Source: an uncultured Actinomycetota bacterium
GTDB lineage: Bacteria > Actinomycetota > Actinomycetes > JAHEKZ01
Direction of reading: 5' to 3'
DNA: 64,000 nucleotides
Assembly: GCA_963718235.1 (NCBI GenBank)
Contig: CAVQYR010000001.1
Coordinates: forward strand, 96,001-160,000
Shown here: piece by piece, positions 1-10,956 of the stretch
How the letters are laid out: every line of letters begins with the position of its first letter
Numbering within the stretch: the stretch's first letter is position 1
Notes under the pieces: generated by a model
Told to the model about the DNA's origin: nothing
Databases searched by the model: none
The model's input: only the letters and a program-made list of their open reading frames with translations
Program-made: the position numbers and the translations under genes

Positions 1-215
1 AGATCGACCCGGGCGTGCCTGAAGCTCTGCGACGTGAGACCCAGGTCGACGCCGTTCATCAACGCCGTCCGCCGGACGTCGGCGTCGTCCACGCCTCCGC
101 TGTCGAGCCGACGGGCCATCAAGCGACCCACGGCCACAGCAGCCACCTGAACAGCAACGACGATCAGGACCCCACGCAGGACCCGCTGGGCTGGCCTCTT
201 CCCTGTTCTGCTCAT
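1..215 (-). CDS. Partial membrane-anchored protein, possibly LiaF-like (runs off the left edge)
   Basis: ATG at 215-213 preceded by TAGCCT + 7 nt (leaderless-type -10). Open frame MSRTGKRPAQRVLRGVLIVVAVQVAAVAVGRLMARRLDSGG...ALMNGVDLGLTSQSFRHARVD: one TM helix then a beta-rich pattern. Not in the ORF track. Confidence 0.45.
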   Translation of the reverse strand, partial: MSRTGKRPAQRVLRGVLIVVAVQVAAVAVGRLMARRLDSGGVDDADVRRTALMNGVDLGLTSQSFRHARVD

Positions 216-284
216 GGTCCCAGGCTAGACGCCGGCGGCGGGTTCCCCCAGGTCCCCCTCGCGCCGGGTTCCGGAGCTGTGCGG

Positions 285-1736
285 CTACAGGGTGCCGGCA
301 AACGTGCGCAGCATCGTTGCCTGAGGGTGCGTCAGCCAGCCAGCGCTGGCCAGGGCCCCGGTGACTGACTTGTACGCGGTGATCAGGGACCTCTTCTGGC
401 TGGGCGACTGCGTCGAGCTGGCCACACGAAGCAGTGCACAGGCGCGGGTAGTGAGCGCATCAGCCGTAGTTCGCTGCGCCTGGTCGTCGGTCCGGTACTT
501 GGTCGAGTTCCGGACGAGTCGTTTCGTCAGGCTGCACATGCTCGGGGCAGTCGCCGAGACCACGAAACTCGCCGTGGTCCTCGCACTGTTGCCGGCCTTG
601 TCGACGGCCGTGGCCGAGACCGTCCGTGAGCCGAGGCCGAACGAGTAGGCGGGACGTGTGATGTTGGCGCAGGTCGACGTGACCAGGCCCGACAACGAGT
701 CCTCGGCTGCACATGTCATGACGACTCGCTGATCGACGGTGTAGCTGCCGACGTTTCCTGCGTACACCACGCTGGGAGGTGTCCTGTCGATGCTGATGCC
801 GGACACCACCGTCGACGCCGAGTTGCCGGCGACGTCGACGCAGGAGCCGGAGGCCTCTTGGTCCGCGCCCTCGGAGGCCAACGTGACCGGAGCACTCACC
901 GTGGCGACGCCCGTTCCGCCGGGGTCATCCGTGCACGAGAAGTCGACCGTGACGTCTGTGCGGTTCCAACCGTAACCGTTCGCAAGCGGGTCTCGATGCG
1001 CGGTGATCGATGGCGAAGTGATGTCAGAGGAGGCAACGGTGACGGTGAGGACGTGGGAAGTGGCGTCGAAGGTGAACGCTACGGTCGCGCCGTCGACCGG
1101 GACCACGAACGGGATGTTTGCGCCTCCCACAGCACCACCGGCTCCATAGCTCACCGCCCAGTCCTCGTCGACGGCCGCCTTTGTCTCGTAGCTCCCGGCC
1201 GGGAGCGTGGCCGTCTCGAAGGCGTAGATGCCGTCGCCGTCTGGGTCCTGCAGCCAGGACCGCAGGCAGTCCGGCTGCCAGTCACCCGGGCAGCCCAGCT
1301 CGGACTGGAAGTCGCCTGGTGCGACCACGATGAGTGAGCTCTCGTTGTCGGTGACCCAGTGCGTCTTGTGGTCGTAGTAGAACTTGACGCTGCCTGCGTC
1401 AGTGGAGAGCGGGATACTCATCCCACCTGGGGAGGCGTTCAGCCCGTAGTTCTCGTCCCACGCGTCGTTGAGGGCCGCCTTGTAGCTGTAGACGCCACTG
1501 GGAACGGAGAACGTCCGTTGCCATACGTCGTCGATCGCGTCATACGCCAGGTGCGTGGCCGCACAACCGGGATCCCAGTCCCCGGCGCAGCCGACTTCGG
1601 ACTGGAGGTCGCCGGCGATCGTCACGCTGCCCGGGCTCGGTGTACTCGCGGCGGCCGGTGGCGTGATGACGACGGCCAGCACCGCCAAGGTGACCACGGC
1701 GGCATGAGCCGTCCGTCGCGCGTTCACAGCAACCAT
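285..1736 (-). CDS. Secreted protein with two pullulanase-type X25-like carbohydrate-binding modules, Ig-like repeats and a C-terminal helical domain; no catalytic domain seen
   Basis: Signal peptide (PPAAA). Two repeats, AGDLQSEVGCAGDWDPGC...YKAALNDAWDENYG and PGDFQSELGCPGDWQPDC...TKAAVDEDWAVSYG. Ig-like D(V/K)AGN strands. Confidence 0.75.
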   Translation of the reverse strand: MVAVNARRTAHAAVVTLAVLAVVITPPAAASTPSPGSVTIAGDLQSEVGCAGDWDPGCAATHLAYDAIDDVWQRTFSVPSGVYSYKAALNDAWDENYGLNASPGGMSIPLSTDAGSVKFYYDHKTHWVTDNESSLIVVAPGDFQSELGCPGDWQPDCLRSWLQDPDGDGIYAFETATLPAGSYETKAAVDEDWAVSYGAGGAVGGANIPFVVPVDGATVAFTFDATSHVLTVTVASSDITSPSITAHRDPLANGYGWNRTDVTVDFSCTDDPGGTGVATVSAPVTLASEGADQEASGSCVDVAGNSASTVVSGISIDRTPPSVVYAGNVGSYTVDQRVVMTCAAEDSLSGLVTSTCANITRPAYSFGLGSRTVSATAVDKAGNSARTTASFVVSATAPSMCSLTKRLVRNSTKYRTDDQAQRTTADALTTRACALLRVASSTQSPSQKRSLITAYKSVTGALASAGWLTHPQATMLRTFAGTL

Positions 1737-1862
1737 GGTCGCCTCCTTGTCGCAACGGAGCGCAGCGTCGGCCCCACCGCAGCCACCACCCGACCCCCGG
1801 CCAGTCGGTCACGGGGGCGCGTGCACCAGGCAGGCTGTCACGTCCGGAGACGCAGCGGAAGG

Positions 1863-2996
1863 CTAGGACTGCCGCTCGGGCCTCACGGTCACGGTGGACG
1901 ACGTTCCGGCATGCTCGAAGGTGATCTCAACAGGGGCGCCGGCCTTGGCGCCGATCTCGGCCACTGTCACCTGCTCCGCGCTGACGGCCGGCTGCCCGTT
2001 GACCTGGGTCACGACATCTCCAACCACGATCCCGGCCTGCTCGGCTGGCCCGCCGGGGGAGACCGCGAGCACGAACAGACCCTGGGGCAGCCCGGCCGCA
2101 GAGGCCGCTTCGGGCATCATCCGCTGCACCTGCATCCCCAGGGTGTAGTGCGTGACCGAGCCCGTCGCGATCAGCTCGTCCGCGATCGGCTGGGCCAGGT
2201 CGACCGGGATGGCGAAGCCAAGGCCTACGCTGCCACCTCCCGCTTGGCCAGCCGAGTTCGGCACCGTGGCGATGGCGGTGTTCACGCCGACGAGGTGGCC
2301 CGCGCAGTCGACGAGCGCGCCACCGCTGTTTCCAGGGTTGATCGCGGCGTCGGTCTGGATCGCCCCCACGAGATGCGCGGTCTTCCCCTCTCCTGGCACT
2401 GGGACGTGCCGATCCAACGCGCTCACGATTCCGCTGGTGACCGTGCTTGACAGCCCGAGCGGCGCACCCAGGGCAACGACCGGCTGGCCCACCACGAGCG
2501 ACCGGGAGGACCCGAGCGGAATCACCGGTCGACCGGTCGAGGCGTCCGTTGCCTGGATGACGGCCAGATCAGTCAAGGGGTCGCGGCCCACGATCACCGC
2601 AGCGCTGGTCCGGCCGTCGCTGTAGCGGACCGTCAGTGAGCCGCCGTCGGCCGCAACGGAGATGACGTGATCGTTGGTGAGGACGTAGCCGCCGTCGGCG
2701 ATGATCGCCCCGGAGCCGGTGCCGCTCGACTGACCGTTGTTCGCTGCGATCGTCACGACCGACGGCAGACCGTTGGCGGCGACCGCGCTTGCCTGACACG
2801 CAGCCGCCGACCCGGCGCCCGAGCCCGACCCTGGCTCACTGCCGTCACTCGTCGCATTGACGACCAGGCCCCCGATCACGCCCCCCACGAGCGCCGCAGC
2901 CACGACCGCGACCAGCAGCCGACCGGAGCCCGTCGGCCGTCCCGGCGCCTCTGGCTCCACGGTCGCGCCAGGGCTGTCCACATGTTCGTCACTCAC
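1863..2996 (-). CDS. HtrA/DegP-family serine protease with PDZ domain
   Basis: N-terminal TM helix; LTNDHV, DLAVI and QTDAAINPGNSGG catalytic motifs; PDZ GPAEQAGIVVGDVVTQVNG. Confidence 0.93.
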   Translation of the reverse strand: MSDEHVDSPGATVEPEAPGRPTGSGRLLVAVVAAALVGGVIGGLVVNATSDGSEPGSGSGAGSAAACQASAVAANGLPSVVTIAANNGQSSGTGSGAIIADGGYVLTNDHVISVAADGGSLTVRYSDGRTSAAVIVGRDPLTDLAVIQATDASTGRPVIPLGSSRSLVVGQPVVALGAPLGLSSTVTSGIVSALDRHVPVPGEGKTAHLVGAIQTDAAINPGNSGGALVDCAGHLVGVNTAIATVPNSAGQAGGGSVGLGFAIPVDLAQPIADELIATGSVTHYTLGMQVQRMMPEAASAAGLPQGLFVLAVSPGGPAEQAGIVVGDVVTQVNGQPAVSAEQVTVAEIGAKAGAPVEITFEHAGTSSTVTVRPERQS

Positions 2997-3169
2997 CGCG
3001 CACCACCTGCCTCGGCGTTGTCATCCACGATCACCAGGACCCGCGCGGTGACCGCGCGCAGCACCACCGCTGGACCTCCCTCACGGACCTCTGGACCCTA
3101 CGTCCGGACCTGCCGCGAACGTATGCTGACCAGGCAGAACCGACCTCTCCGAGGGCCCGGGGGCAGACA

Positions 3170-3889
3170 ATGGAAGGACCGGCTGACCTCGCACCGGTTA
3201 CCGGATGGCGCGCTGCGCTGATCGCACCTCCTGGGCGTCGCACGGGCGTCGTCTGGTCCACCTTGGCGCTCGTCGAGGTCGGTCTCTGCACGCTCGTCGT
3301 GATCCGCGACATCTTAGTCCCCACCCTCGTCATCCTGCCGCTCGTTGCGCTGTCTCTGGCTGCGCGCCGAGAGTCGTGGACGACCCTCGGTTTCCGTCGT
3401 ACGCCCCATCCGTGGGGCCTGGCGGCGAGAGTTCTCGGGCTGACGGTCGGGTGGACCCTCGTTCAGCTCGCGGTGTTCATCCCCGCCCTGAACCATGCCA
3501 CGGGTGACCGACAGGATCTCAGCGACTTCAGCCGACTGCAGGGAGACGTGGGCCAGCTGCTGTTCCTGCTGCTTCTCTCGTGGACGCTTGCGGCGTTCGG
3601 CGAAGAGACCGTGTACCGCGGATTCCTGCCGACCCGGATCACCGACGTGTTCGGCACGGGAGTATGGGGCGCCACGCTGGCCATCGGGTTGTCCTCGGCC
3701 CTTTTCGCCCTCGCGCACACCGAACAAGGTGCCATCGGGGTCGCCGTCACGTTTCTCGATGCGCTGTTCTTCAGCGTACTGCGACTGCGCTACCGCAACC
3801 TGCTCGCACCGGTCCTCGCCCACGGGTTCAACAACACGATCGGCCTCGTCGCTTTCTTCCTCATCGGCCCGGTCTACGGCTTCTGGTAG
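3170..3889 (+). CDS. CPBP/Abi (CAAX-like) intramembrane glutamic endopeptidase
   Basis: EETVYRG, FALAH and VLAHGFNN motifs; multiple TM helices. Confidence 0.88.
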   Translation: MEGPADLAPVTGWRAALIAPPGRRTGVVWSTLALVEVGLCTLVVIRDILVPTLVILPLVALSLAARRESWTTLGFRRTPHPWGLAARVLGLTVGWTLVQLAVFIPALNHATGDRQDLSDFSRLQGDVGQLLFLLLLSWTLAAFGEETVYRGFLPTRITDVFGTGVWGATLAIGLSSALFALAHTEQGAIGVAVTFLDALFFSVLRLRYRNLLAPVLAHGFNNTIGLVAFFLIGPVYGFW

Positions 3890-3978
3890 TCCATGCCCCG
3901 TCAGATCCCGTCATGGTTGGGCCAGTGACCGAGGGGGCCCAGGGTCTCTGCGCGCCGACCCTCTGACAGTTCGAGGGG

Positions 3979-4051
3979 TGGGTCGCCGGGGGATCGAACC
4001 CCGAACCCGCGGATTAAAAGTCCGCTGCTCTGCCAGTTGAGCTAGCGACCC
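3979..4051 (-). tRNA. tRNA-Lys(TTT)
   Basis: Reverse complement GGGTCGCTAGCTCAACTGGCAGAGCAGCGGACTTTTAATCCGCGGGTTCGGGGTTCGATCCCCCGGCGACCCA; cloverleaf with anticodon loop CTTTTAA; CCA not encoded. Confidence 0.96.
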
Positions 4052-4127
4052 GAACGCCGCACATCCTCCCAGACGACGGGTCTCCATGGTCGAGGGACCA
4101 GGTCCCGTCCTGTCAGGAAGGACGCGC

Positions 4128-5600
4128 TCACACCGACCAGGTGTGGACCGGCTCGTTGGTGTGCATGTTCTCGACGTAGCGCAAGGTCATGGCGCGCAGT
4201 GCCTCGATCCGAGACATGCCGTTGGCCTCACCCCGCTTCACCACCGCCGTCTGCCAGGTCGAGCCGTTGCGCCCGGTGATGCACCGCTGCTCGATGATCC
4301 CCAGAAGCCGCTCGCTGACATGCCGGTCGACGCCCCAACGGGCGAGCCCCTCGTGCGCCATCGGCAGCAGATGGCGAAGGACGAGCTCGCTGACGGGAAC
4401 GTCGCCATGGCCGGGCCAGAACAGCTCGGTGTCCAGTCCCGTGGTCGCGGATCGGGTGAAGTTCTCCTCAGCCGTGGCGAACGACTGCCTGGTCCAGACC
4501 GGCCGGTCCTGCTCGGCCAGCATCCGCAGGGTCCCGTAGTAGAAGGCTCCGTTGGCCAGGACGTCGACCACAGTGGGACCAGCGGGCAGCACCCGGTTCT
4601 CGACCCGAAGGTGCGGGACGTCGTCGACGACGTCGTAGACCGGGCGGTTCCAGCGCCACACGGTGCCGTTGTGCAGCCGAAGCTCCTGCAGCCGGGGCGT
4701 TCCGCCGTTGTCGAGCACCTCCACCGGGTCCTCGTCGTCGACCACCGGCAGCAGTGACGGGAAGTAGCGCAGGTTCTCCTCGTAGAGGTCGAAAACACTG
4801 GTGATCCAGCGCTCGCCGAACCACACACGTGGCCGCACACCCTGAGCCTTGAGCTCCGCCGACCGGGTGTCCGTCGCCTGGGTGAACAGGGCGATCCGGG
4901 TCTCGCTCCACAGCTCCTTGGCCATGAAGTAGGGCGAGTTCGCCCCCAACGCCACCTGGACCGAGGCGAGGCACTGTGCCGCGTTCCAGTACTCAGCGAA
5001 CGCATCGGGCCCGACCTGCAGGTGGAACTGCACACTCGTGCAGGCGGCCTCGGGAGCGATCGTGTCGGCCCAGGTCTCCAGCGACTCCACGCCCTCGATG
5101 TCGATGTGCAGGTCCTCGCCACGCGCGGTGAGCAGCTGCTCGTCGAGCAGGCGGTACCGGGGGTTCGCACTGATCGACTCGTGCGTCATGTGCTCGGGCA
5201 TGAGCGTCGGCAGGATCCCGATCATCACCAAGCCGGCGTGGCGCTCCTGGGCGCTCTCGTTCGCCTCGTTCAGCTGGAACCGGACATCGGCCTCCAGGGC
5301 ATCGACCCCGGTGCCCGCCAGCGGTCGCGGCGGCACGTTGATCTCGAGGTTGAACCGACCCAGCTCGGTCTGGAAGTCCGGGTCGTCGATCTCCTCCAGC
5401 ACCTCGTCGTTGCGCATGGCGGGGTTGCCCATGGCGTCGATCAGGTTGAGCTCGATCTCCATCCCGGTGAGAGGTCGCTCGAAGTCGAACCGACTCTCCG
5501 AGAGCATCCGCGCCAGGACGTCGAGGCAGCGGTGCACCTTCTCGCGGTACTCCTGGCGGTCCCGTCTGGTGAACTCTTGGCTGTCGACCTCGTCGCCCAT
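4128..5600 (-). CDS. Glutamate--cysteine ligase (GCS2) family protein
   Basis: GMEIELNL, FQTELGRFNLEIN, HNGTVWRWNRPVY, HLRVENRVLPAGPT; start MGDEVDSQEF. Confidence 0.88.
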   Translation of the reverse strand: MGDEVDSQEFTRRDRQEYREKVHRCLDVLARMLSESRFDFERPLTGMEIELNLIDAMGNPAMRNDEVLEEIDDPDFQTELGRFNLEINVPPRPLAGTGVDALEADVRFQLNEANESAQERHAGLVMIGILPTLMPEHMTHESISANPRYRLLDEQLLTARGEDLHIDIEGVESLETWADTIAPEAACTSVQFHLQVGPDAFAEYWNAAQCLASVQVALGANSPYFMAKELWSETRIALFTQATDTRSAELKAQGVRPRVWFGERWITSVFDLYEENLRYFPSLLPVVDDEDPVEVLDNGGTPRLQELRLHNGTVWRWNRPVYDVVDDVPHLRVENRVLPAGPTVVDVLANGAFYYGTLRMLAEQDRPVWTRQSFATAEENFTRSATTGLDTELFWPGHGDVPVSELVLRHLLPMAHEGLARWGVDRHVSERLLGIIEQRCITGRNGSTWQTAVVKRGEANGMSRIEALRAMTLRYVENMHTNEPVHTWSV

Positions 5601-5649
5601 GCGCCCAGCCTGCCGTACCGGGCCGGCGGCGTACACCGGACGCGGTAGA

Positions 5650-6987
5650 TCAGCCTGCGGTGAGATCCCCCACGAGCTCGCCGAGGGCGACCAGGTAGGC
5701 GTCGACGTCGGCGTCCACTACCGCGACCCCGAGGGCCGGTCCCGCCCCCTCGATCGCCTCCCAGACGCCGCGGTTGGCCATGTACACCCGGAGCAGTGCC
5801 CACAACGGGCGGTCGAGATCCGCCTGTCCCTCGCTGGCATCGCGGGGCGCGGTGCCGGAGAAGCAGTACCCGGAGCGGGCGAACAACCGATGGGCCTTCC
5901 ACGGCAGTCCGGCGGACGCTGCGATGGCGTCGATGCCGTCGGCCAGCCGAGCCCCGAGACGCGCGGTGCGGACGTAGGCGTCGTCGGTGAGCACCTCGGT
6001 GAGCGCGGCCCTGGCCGCGGCCATCGACAGTGCGTTGCCGAACAGCGTGCCGCCGGTGGCTCCCCACCCCGGGGTGGCGAAGCGCTCCGCCAGCTCGTCG
6101 GTCATGCCATAGGCGCCGATCGGGACACCACCGGCAATCGACTTGCCGATCGTGACGATGTCTGGGTTCAGCGACCATTGACCGATGAGGCCGCCGGGGC
6201 CACAGATCTGGGTGTGTGTCTCGTCGAGGACGAGCAGCGTCCCGGCCTCCTGCGTGAGGCGGCGCAAGGCGTCGTGGTATCCCGGCTGGGGCATGATGAC
6301 GCCCTGGTTGTTGGTCATCGCCGGCTCGGCGAGCACACAGGCGACCCGTCGGTCGAACAGCGTTCGCTCCAGTGCCTGCTCGTCGTTGAAGGGCACCAGC
6401 CGGACGTCGCGCTCGGCGCCACTGAGTCCCGGGAACTCCGCTTTCACGACGCCGTCGGCAAGCGCGGTCTGCATCTCGTCGGAGTGCCCGTGGTACTTGC
6501 CGTCGAACATGACGACGGCGTCACGTCCCGTGGCGAACCGGGCCAGTCGCATCGCCTCCACGTTGGCCGTGGTTGCCGAGAGCGTGAACTGCCACTGCGG
6601 CACGCCGTACCGTCGGGCTAGCTCTTCGGCGACAACGATCGCGTCCTCGCCGGGAAGCAGGAACTGCGTGCCACGGACGACGGCGTCGGACACCGCTCGC
6701 ACCACCGATGCCGGTGCATACCCGCAGAAGGTGCTCGTGTCCGCCAGATTCACGTCGAGGTAGCGGTGGCCGTCGACGTCGTCGAAAAACGCACCCGAAC
6801 CGTGCGTGACGAAGACTGGACCATCGGCGTTGAGGTCATCCATCCAACGCATCGGAACGCCGCGCGGCATCGAGAGACGCGAACGCTCGCGAAGCTCGAG
6901 ACTGCGTGGCCGTTGCTGGAGAAAGTGAGCGCGCTCGGCCTCGTGCAGTCGAGCCACCACGGTCGGATTGATGCCGGAAGTGTTCAC
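5650..6987 (-). CDS. Class-III PLP aminotransferase (GSA-aminomutase-like)
   Basis: DVDGHRYLD, FDGKYHG, LVLDETHT, GKSIAGGVPIG, GGTLFGNALS; GTG start with GGAGG RBS. Confidence 0.88.
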   Translation of the reverse strand: MNTSGINPTVVARLHEAERAHFLQQRPRSLELRERSRLSMPRGVPMRWMDDLNADGPVFVTHGSGAFFDDVDGHRYLDVNLADTSTFCGYAPASVVRAVSDAVVRGTQFLLPGEDAIVVAEELARRYGVPQWQFTLSATTANVEAMRLARFATGRDAVVMFDGKYHGHSDEMQTALADGVVKAEFPGLSGAERDVRLVPFNDEQALERTLFDRRVACVLAEPAMTNNQGVIMPQPGYHDALRRLTQEAGTLLVLDETHTQICGPGGLIGQWSLNPDIVTIGKSIAGGVPIGAYGMTDELAERFATPGWGATGGTLFGNALSMAAARAALTEVLTDDAYVRTARLGARLADGIDAIAASAGLPWKAHRLFARSGYCFSGTAPRDASEGQADLDRPLWALLRVYMANRGVWEAIEGAGPALGVAVVDADVDAYLVALGELVGDLTAG

Positions 6988-7205
6988 GGTGAGCCTCCAG
7001 TCGTCGTCCCCACATCTTGGTTGATCGCCGGCTTCGTGGAACCGCTGCACCTGCCCCCGTTTGGTTCGCGGGCCCCGCTGCCGTAGTCTGCAGGAGCGCG
7101 GCCCGCTCAGTTCTGCCTCGGGCTGCCTCACATGTCGACCCCCATGCGCTGCAACCGCATTGGTTGCGCCGGGCAGGACGACCCTTCCACGTTCGGAGTT
7201 TCTTC

Positions 7206-8534
7206 ATGGCGGCTCACCGCCCCAGCACTGGCACGACCACGTTCACCGACCTCGGCGTCCACGACGCCCTCACCACGCTGCTCGCGCAGCGAGGCATCAG
7301 CGAGCCGTTCCCCATCCAGGCCGCGACCATCCCCGACGCCATCGCCGGACGTGACCTGCTCGGGCGCGGCCGAACCGGCTCGGGCAAGACCCTGGCCTTC
7401 CTCCTGCCGTTGCTCACCCAGCTCGCCACGAGCGGCAAGCACCGGCAGCGCAGCAGCCCCCGTGCGCTGATCCTGGCACCGACCCGCGAGCTGGCGAGCC
7501 AGATCGAGGCCGAGGCGGCTCCGCTCGCGAAGGCGCTGTCGCTCCGAACGATGACGGTCTTCGGTGGGGTCGGGCACAAGCCCCAGATCTCCCGACTCGA
7601 CGCCGGCGTCGACGTCCTCGTCGCGACCCCAGGCCGGCTCGAGGACCTGATCAAGGGCGGGCACGCCCGGCTCGACGCGGTCGAGATCACCGTCCTGGAC
7701 GAGGCGGACCACATGGCCGACCTCGGATTCCTGCCTGCGGTGAAGCGACTGCTCGACCAGACACCGAAGGTGGGCCAGCGGCTGCTCTTCTCCGCCACCC
7801 TCGACGGTGACGTGAACATCCTCGTGCGGCGCTACATGAAGCAGCCGGTCACCCATCATGTCGACCCGGTCGAGTCACGCGTCGCTGACGTGGAGCACCA
7901 CGTGCTGCACATCGCCAGCGAGGACCGCTTGGCCGTGCTGGTCGACCTCGCCGCGGCGCCAGGGCGCACGGTGGTGTTCACCCGGACAAAGCACGGGGCC
8001 AAGACCCTGGCGCGCAAGCTGACGGCGTCTGGCGTTCCGGCGGTCGAGCTGCACGGGAACCTCGCGCAGAACGCCCGGGCCCGAAACCTCAAGGCGTTCA
8101 CCGACGGCTCGGCCATGACCCTCGTGGCCACCGACATCGCCGCCCGGGGGATCCACGTCGACGACGTCAACCTGGTCATCCACGCCGACCCGCCCGCCGA
8201 GCACAAGGCGTACCTGCACCGCTCCGGGCGTACGGCTCGGGCGGGAGCGGCCGGGACCGTGGTCACCCTGATGACGCACGCCCAGGTCGGAGACGTTCGC
8301 GATCTCACCCGTAGGGCAGGGATCCGCCCGACGACCACGCGACTCGCCCCAGGTCACCCGCTCCTTGCCGAGCTGGCTCCCGGGAACCGGGAGTTCACGG
8401 CACCGTCGGCCCAGCCGGCCACGACCTCGACTCCGTCTCGGCAGCCCCGCTCCCGCAACGGCCACGGCCGCCCGTCGAACGGCGGGACGTCGAACCGAAG
8501 CGGACGATCGAACCGCAGCCGCCGCTCCCGCTGA
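7206..8534 (+). CDS. DEAD-box RNA helicase
   Basis: Q motif PFPIQ, GRTGSGKT, PTRELA, DEAD, SAT, HRSGRTAR. Confidence 0.95.
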   Translation: MAAHRPSTGTTTFTDLGVHDALTTLLAQRGISEPFPIQAATIPDAIAGRDLLGRGRTGSGKTLAFLLPLLTQLATSGKHRQRSSPRALILAPTRELASQIEAEAAPLAKALSLRTMTVFGGVGHKPQISRLDAGVDVLVATPGRLEDLIKGGHARLDAVEITVLDEADHMADLGFLPAVKRLLDQTPKVGQRLLFSATLDGDVNILVRRYMKQPVTHHVDPVESRVADVEHHVLHIASEDRLAVLVDLAAAPGRTVVFTRTKHGAKTLARKLTASGVPAVELHGNLAQNARARNLKAFTDGSAMTLVATDIAARGIHVDDVNLVIHADPPAEHKAYLHRSGRTARAGAAGTVVTLMTHAQVGDVRDLTRRAGIRPTTTRLAPGHPLLAELAPGNREFTAPSAQPATTSTPSRQPRSRNGHGRPSNGGTSNRSGRSNRSRRSR

Positions 8535-8549
8535 TCGCGTGGCGCAGGG

Positions 8550-9548
<999 letters not shown>

Positions 9549-9646
9549 AGGTAGGCCCTTCTGTGTGCGAGGCCTCGGCCTCCGGTCGGTTCATTGTGTC
9601 GTACGGTCGACACCGGACTCTCGACGTCGACCAGGAGCGCACAGCC

Positions 9647-10573
9647 ATGCTGGCACTGCTCACCACGGGTGACCCCACAAACCCACTCACGATCAGCGAG
9701 GTCCCAGAGCCCGCAGCAGGCTCGAGCGAGGCCCTGGTCTCGGTCGAAGCCACCTCGCTGAACCCAGGCGAGGTCCGCACCATCGAGACGGCGCCACCAG
9801 GAACCAACCTCGGCTGGGACGTGGCCGGAACCGTTGTCGAGGTCGCGGCCGACGGCAGCGGACCCCCGGTGGGAACGAGGGTCTGCGGACTCGTCGGTCG
9901 CGGCGCGTGGGCCCAGCGGGTTGCCGTACCGACCCACGTGCTGGCACCGATCCCCGATGGGGTCACGCACGCGCAGGCCGCGACCCTGCCCATCGCCGGG
10001 CTGACCGCGTGGCGGGCCCTCGAGCACGGCGGCCTGCTGCTCGCACGAGAGGTCCTCGTCACCGGTGGCGCAGGTGGCGTCGGTCGGTTGGCCATTCAGC
10101 TCGCGCACCGGGCAGGTGCAGCGGTCACCGCAGTCGTGGGTCGACCCTCGCGCGCCACAGGGCTCGCTGCGATCGGTGCTGACGAGATCGTCATCGGGAT
10201 GGACGCCGCGCAGGGAAGCTACGACCTCGTCCTGGACTCGGTCGGCGGCGAGTCACTGACCCATGGCCTGAATCACCTTGCTCCGCAAGGGATTCTGGTC
10301 AGCTACGGCCGCTCCTCCTTCGACGACGCGCGCATCGATCCCTCGTGGTTCATGACGCACTCGGGCGCGTCGATGGTCGGGCTGCTCGTCTTCACCGAAG
10401 TTGTGGAACGACGTCTCGGTGCAGACCAGCTGCGTCGACTGATGCAGCTGGTTGCCGAAGGCACGCTCGACCCGCAGGTCGGGCTCGAGTGCTCATGGCG
10501 CAACGCCACGGCCGCGACGCAGGCGCTCCTGGCGCGTGAAGTGGCGGGAAAGGCCGTCCTGCACCTCGACTGA
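9647..10573 (+). CDS. Zinc-independent MDR / quinone oxidoreductase-like dehydrogenase
   Basis: SLNPGE, LGWDVAG, AATLPIAGLTAW, VTGGAGGVG, GKAVL; AGGAG RBS. Confidence 0.85.
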   Translation: MLALLTTGDPTNPLTISEVPEPAAGSSEALVSVEATSLNPGEVRTIETAPPGTNLGWDVAGTVVEVAADGSGPPVGTRVCGLVGRGAWAQRVAVPTHVLAPIPDGVTHAQAATLPIAGLTAWRALEHGGLLLAREVLVTGGAGGVGRLAIQLAHRAGAAVTAVVGRPSRATGLAAIGADEIVIGMDAAQGSYDLVLDSVGGESLTHGLNHLAPQGILVSYGRSSFDDARIDPSWFMTHSGASMVGLLVFTEVVERRLGADQLRRLMQLVAEGTLDPQVGLECSWRNATAATQALLAREVAGKAVLHLD

Positions 10574-10638
10574 CGACGCGTTCGGTTCCCGGGAGACCCA
10601 CGTCACGTAGTCGGACGACCACGGTGAGTATCGCTCGG

Positions 10639-10691
10639 TGTGACGCACGCCACGATGCTCAGTTCAGACTGGCCACGTGCCTCAGGTCACA
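10639..10691. promoter_or_regulatory. Two CRP-like palindromes (GTG-N8-CAC) upstream of the rpf gene
   Basis: TGTGAcgcacgCCACG (10639-10654) and CGTGCctcaggTCACA (10676-10691). Confidence 0.35.
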
Positions 10692-10818
10692 GAGGTTGAC
10701 GTTTTCGCACGTCAACGGCTTGCCTGTCCACGCTTCTGTCCGTTTCGACCCGGTACGTCCGACCGTCGTCCTCCACCGTCGAACTGACGGATACCGCCGA
10801 ACCCGGTAGCGTTCCTGC

Positions 10819-10956
10819 TCAGTGATGCGCCCCTGAAGGGGTGCCCCCGTATCGGGGATCGGCGCCATGAGCGCCTGACAGCCGGGGTGGAGCCCCAGAC
10901 CGCAGCGTGCTCGTGCGCCGCATGCTCCTGCCCGGGCCGACGAGGTCTGGAGTTCC
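10819..10956 (+). promoter_or_regulatory. Candidate structured 5' leader (cis-regulatory RNA) of the rpf gene
   Basis: Putative -10 TAGCGT at 10807-10812, then three short hairpins and a long stem (10889-10901 with 10944-10956) that sequesters the GGAG RBS. Confidence 0.4.

Noticed and set aside
2997-3169. Possible small ORF or RNA between htrA and the CPBP gene (short GGACC repeats)
   Set aside because: No convincing start, RBS or stable structure; probably divergent promoter DNA.
1-3978. Integrated element downstream of tRNA-Lys
   Set aside because: No integrase or att duplication within the window; the boundary may lie off the left edge and cannot be assessed.
7090-7205. ~110-nt leader of the DEAD-box helicase as a regulatory RNA
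   Set aside because: Only one short hairpin (GCAACC/GGTTGC) is evident and I recognise no motif.
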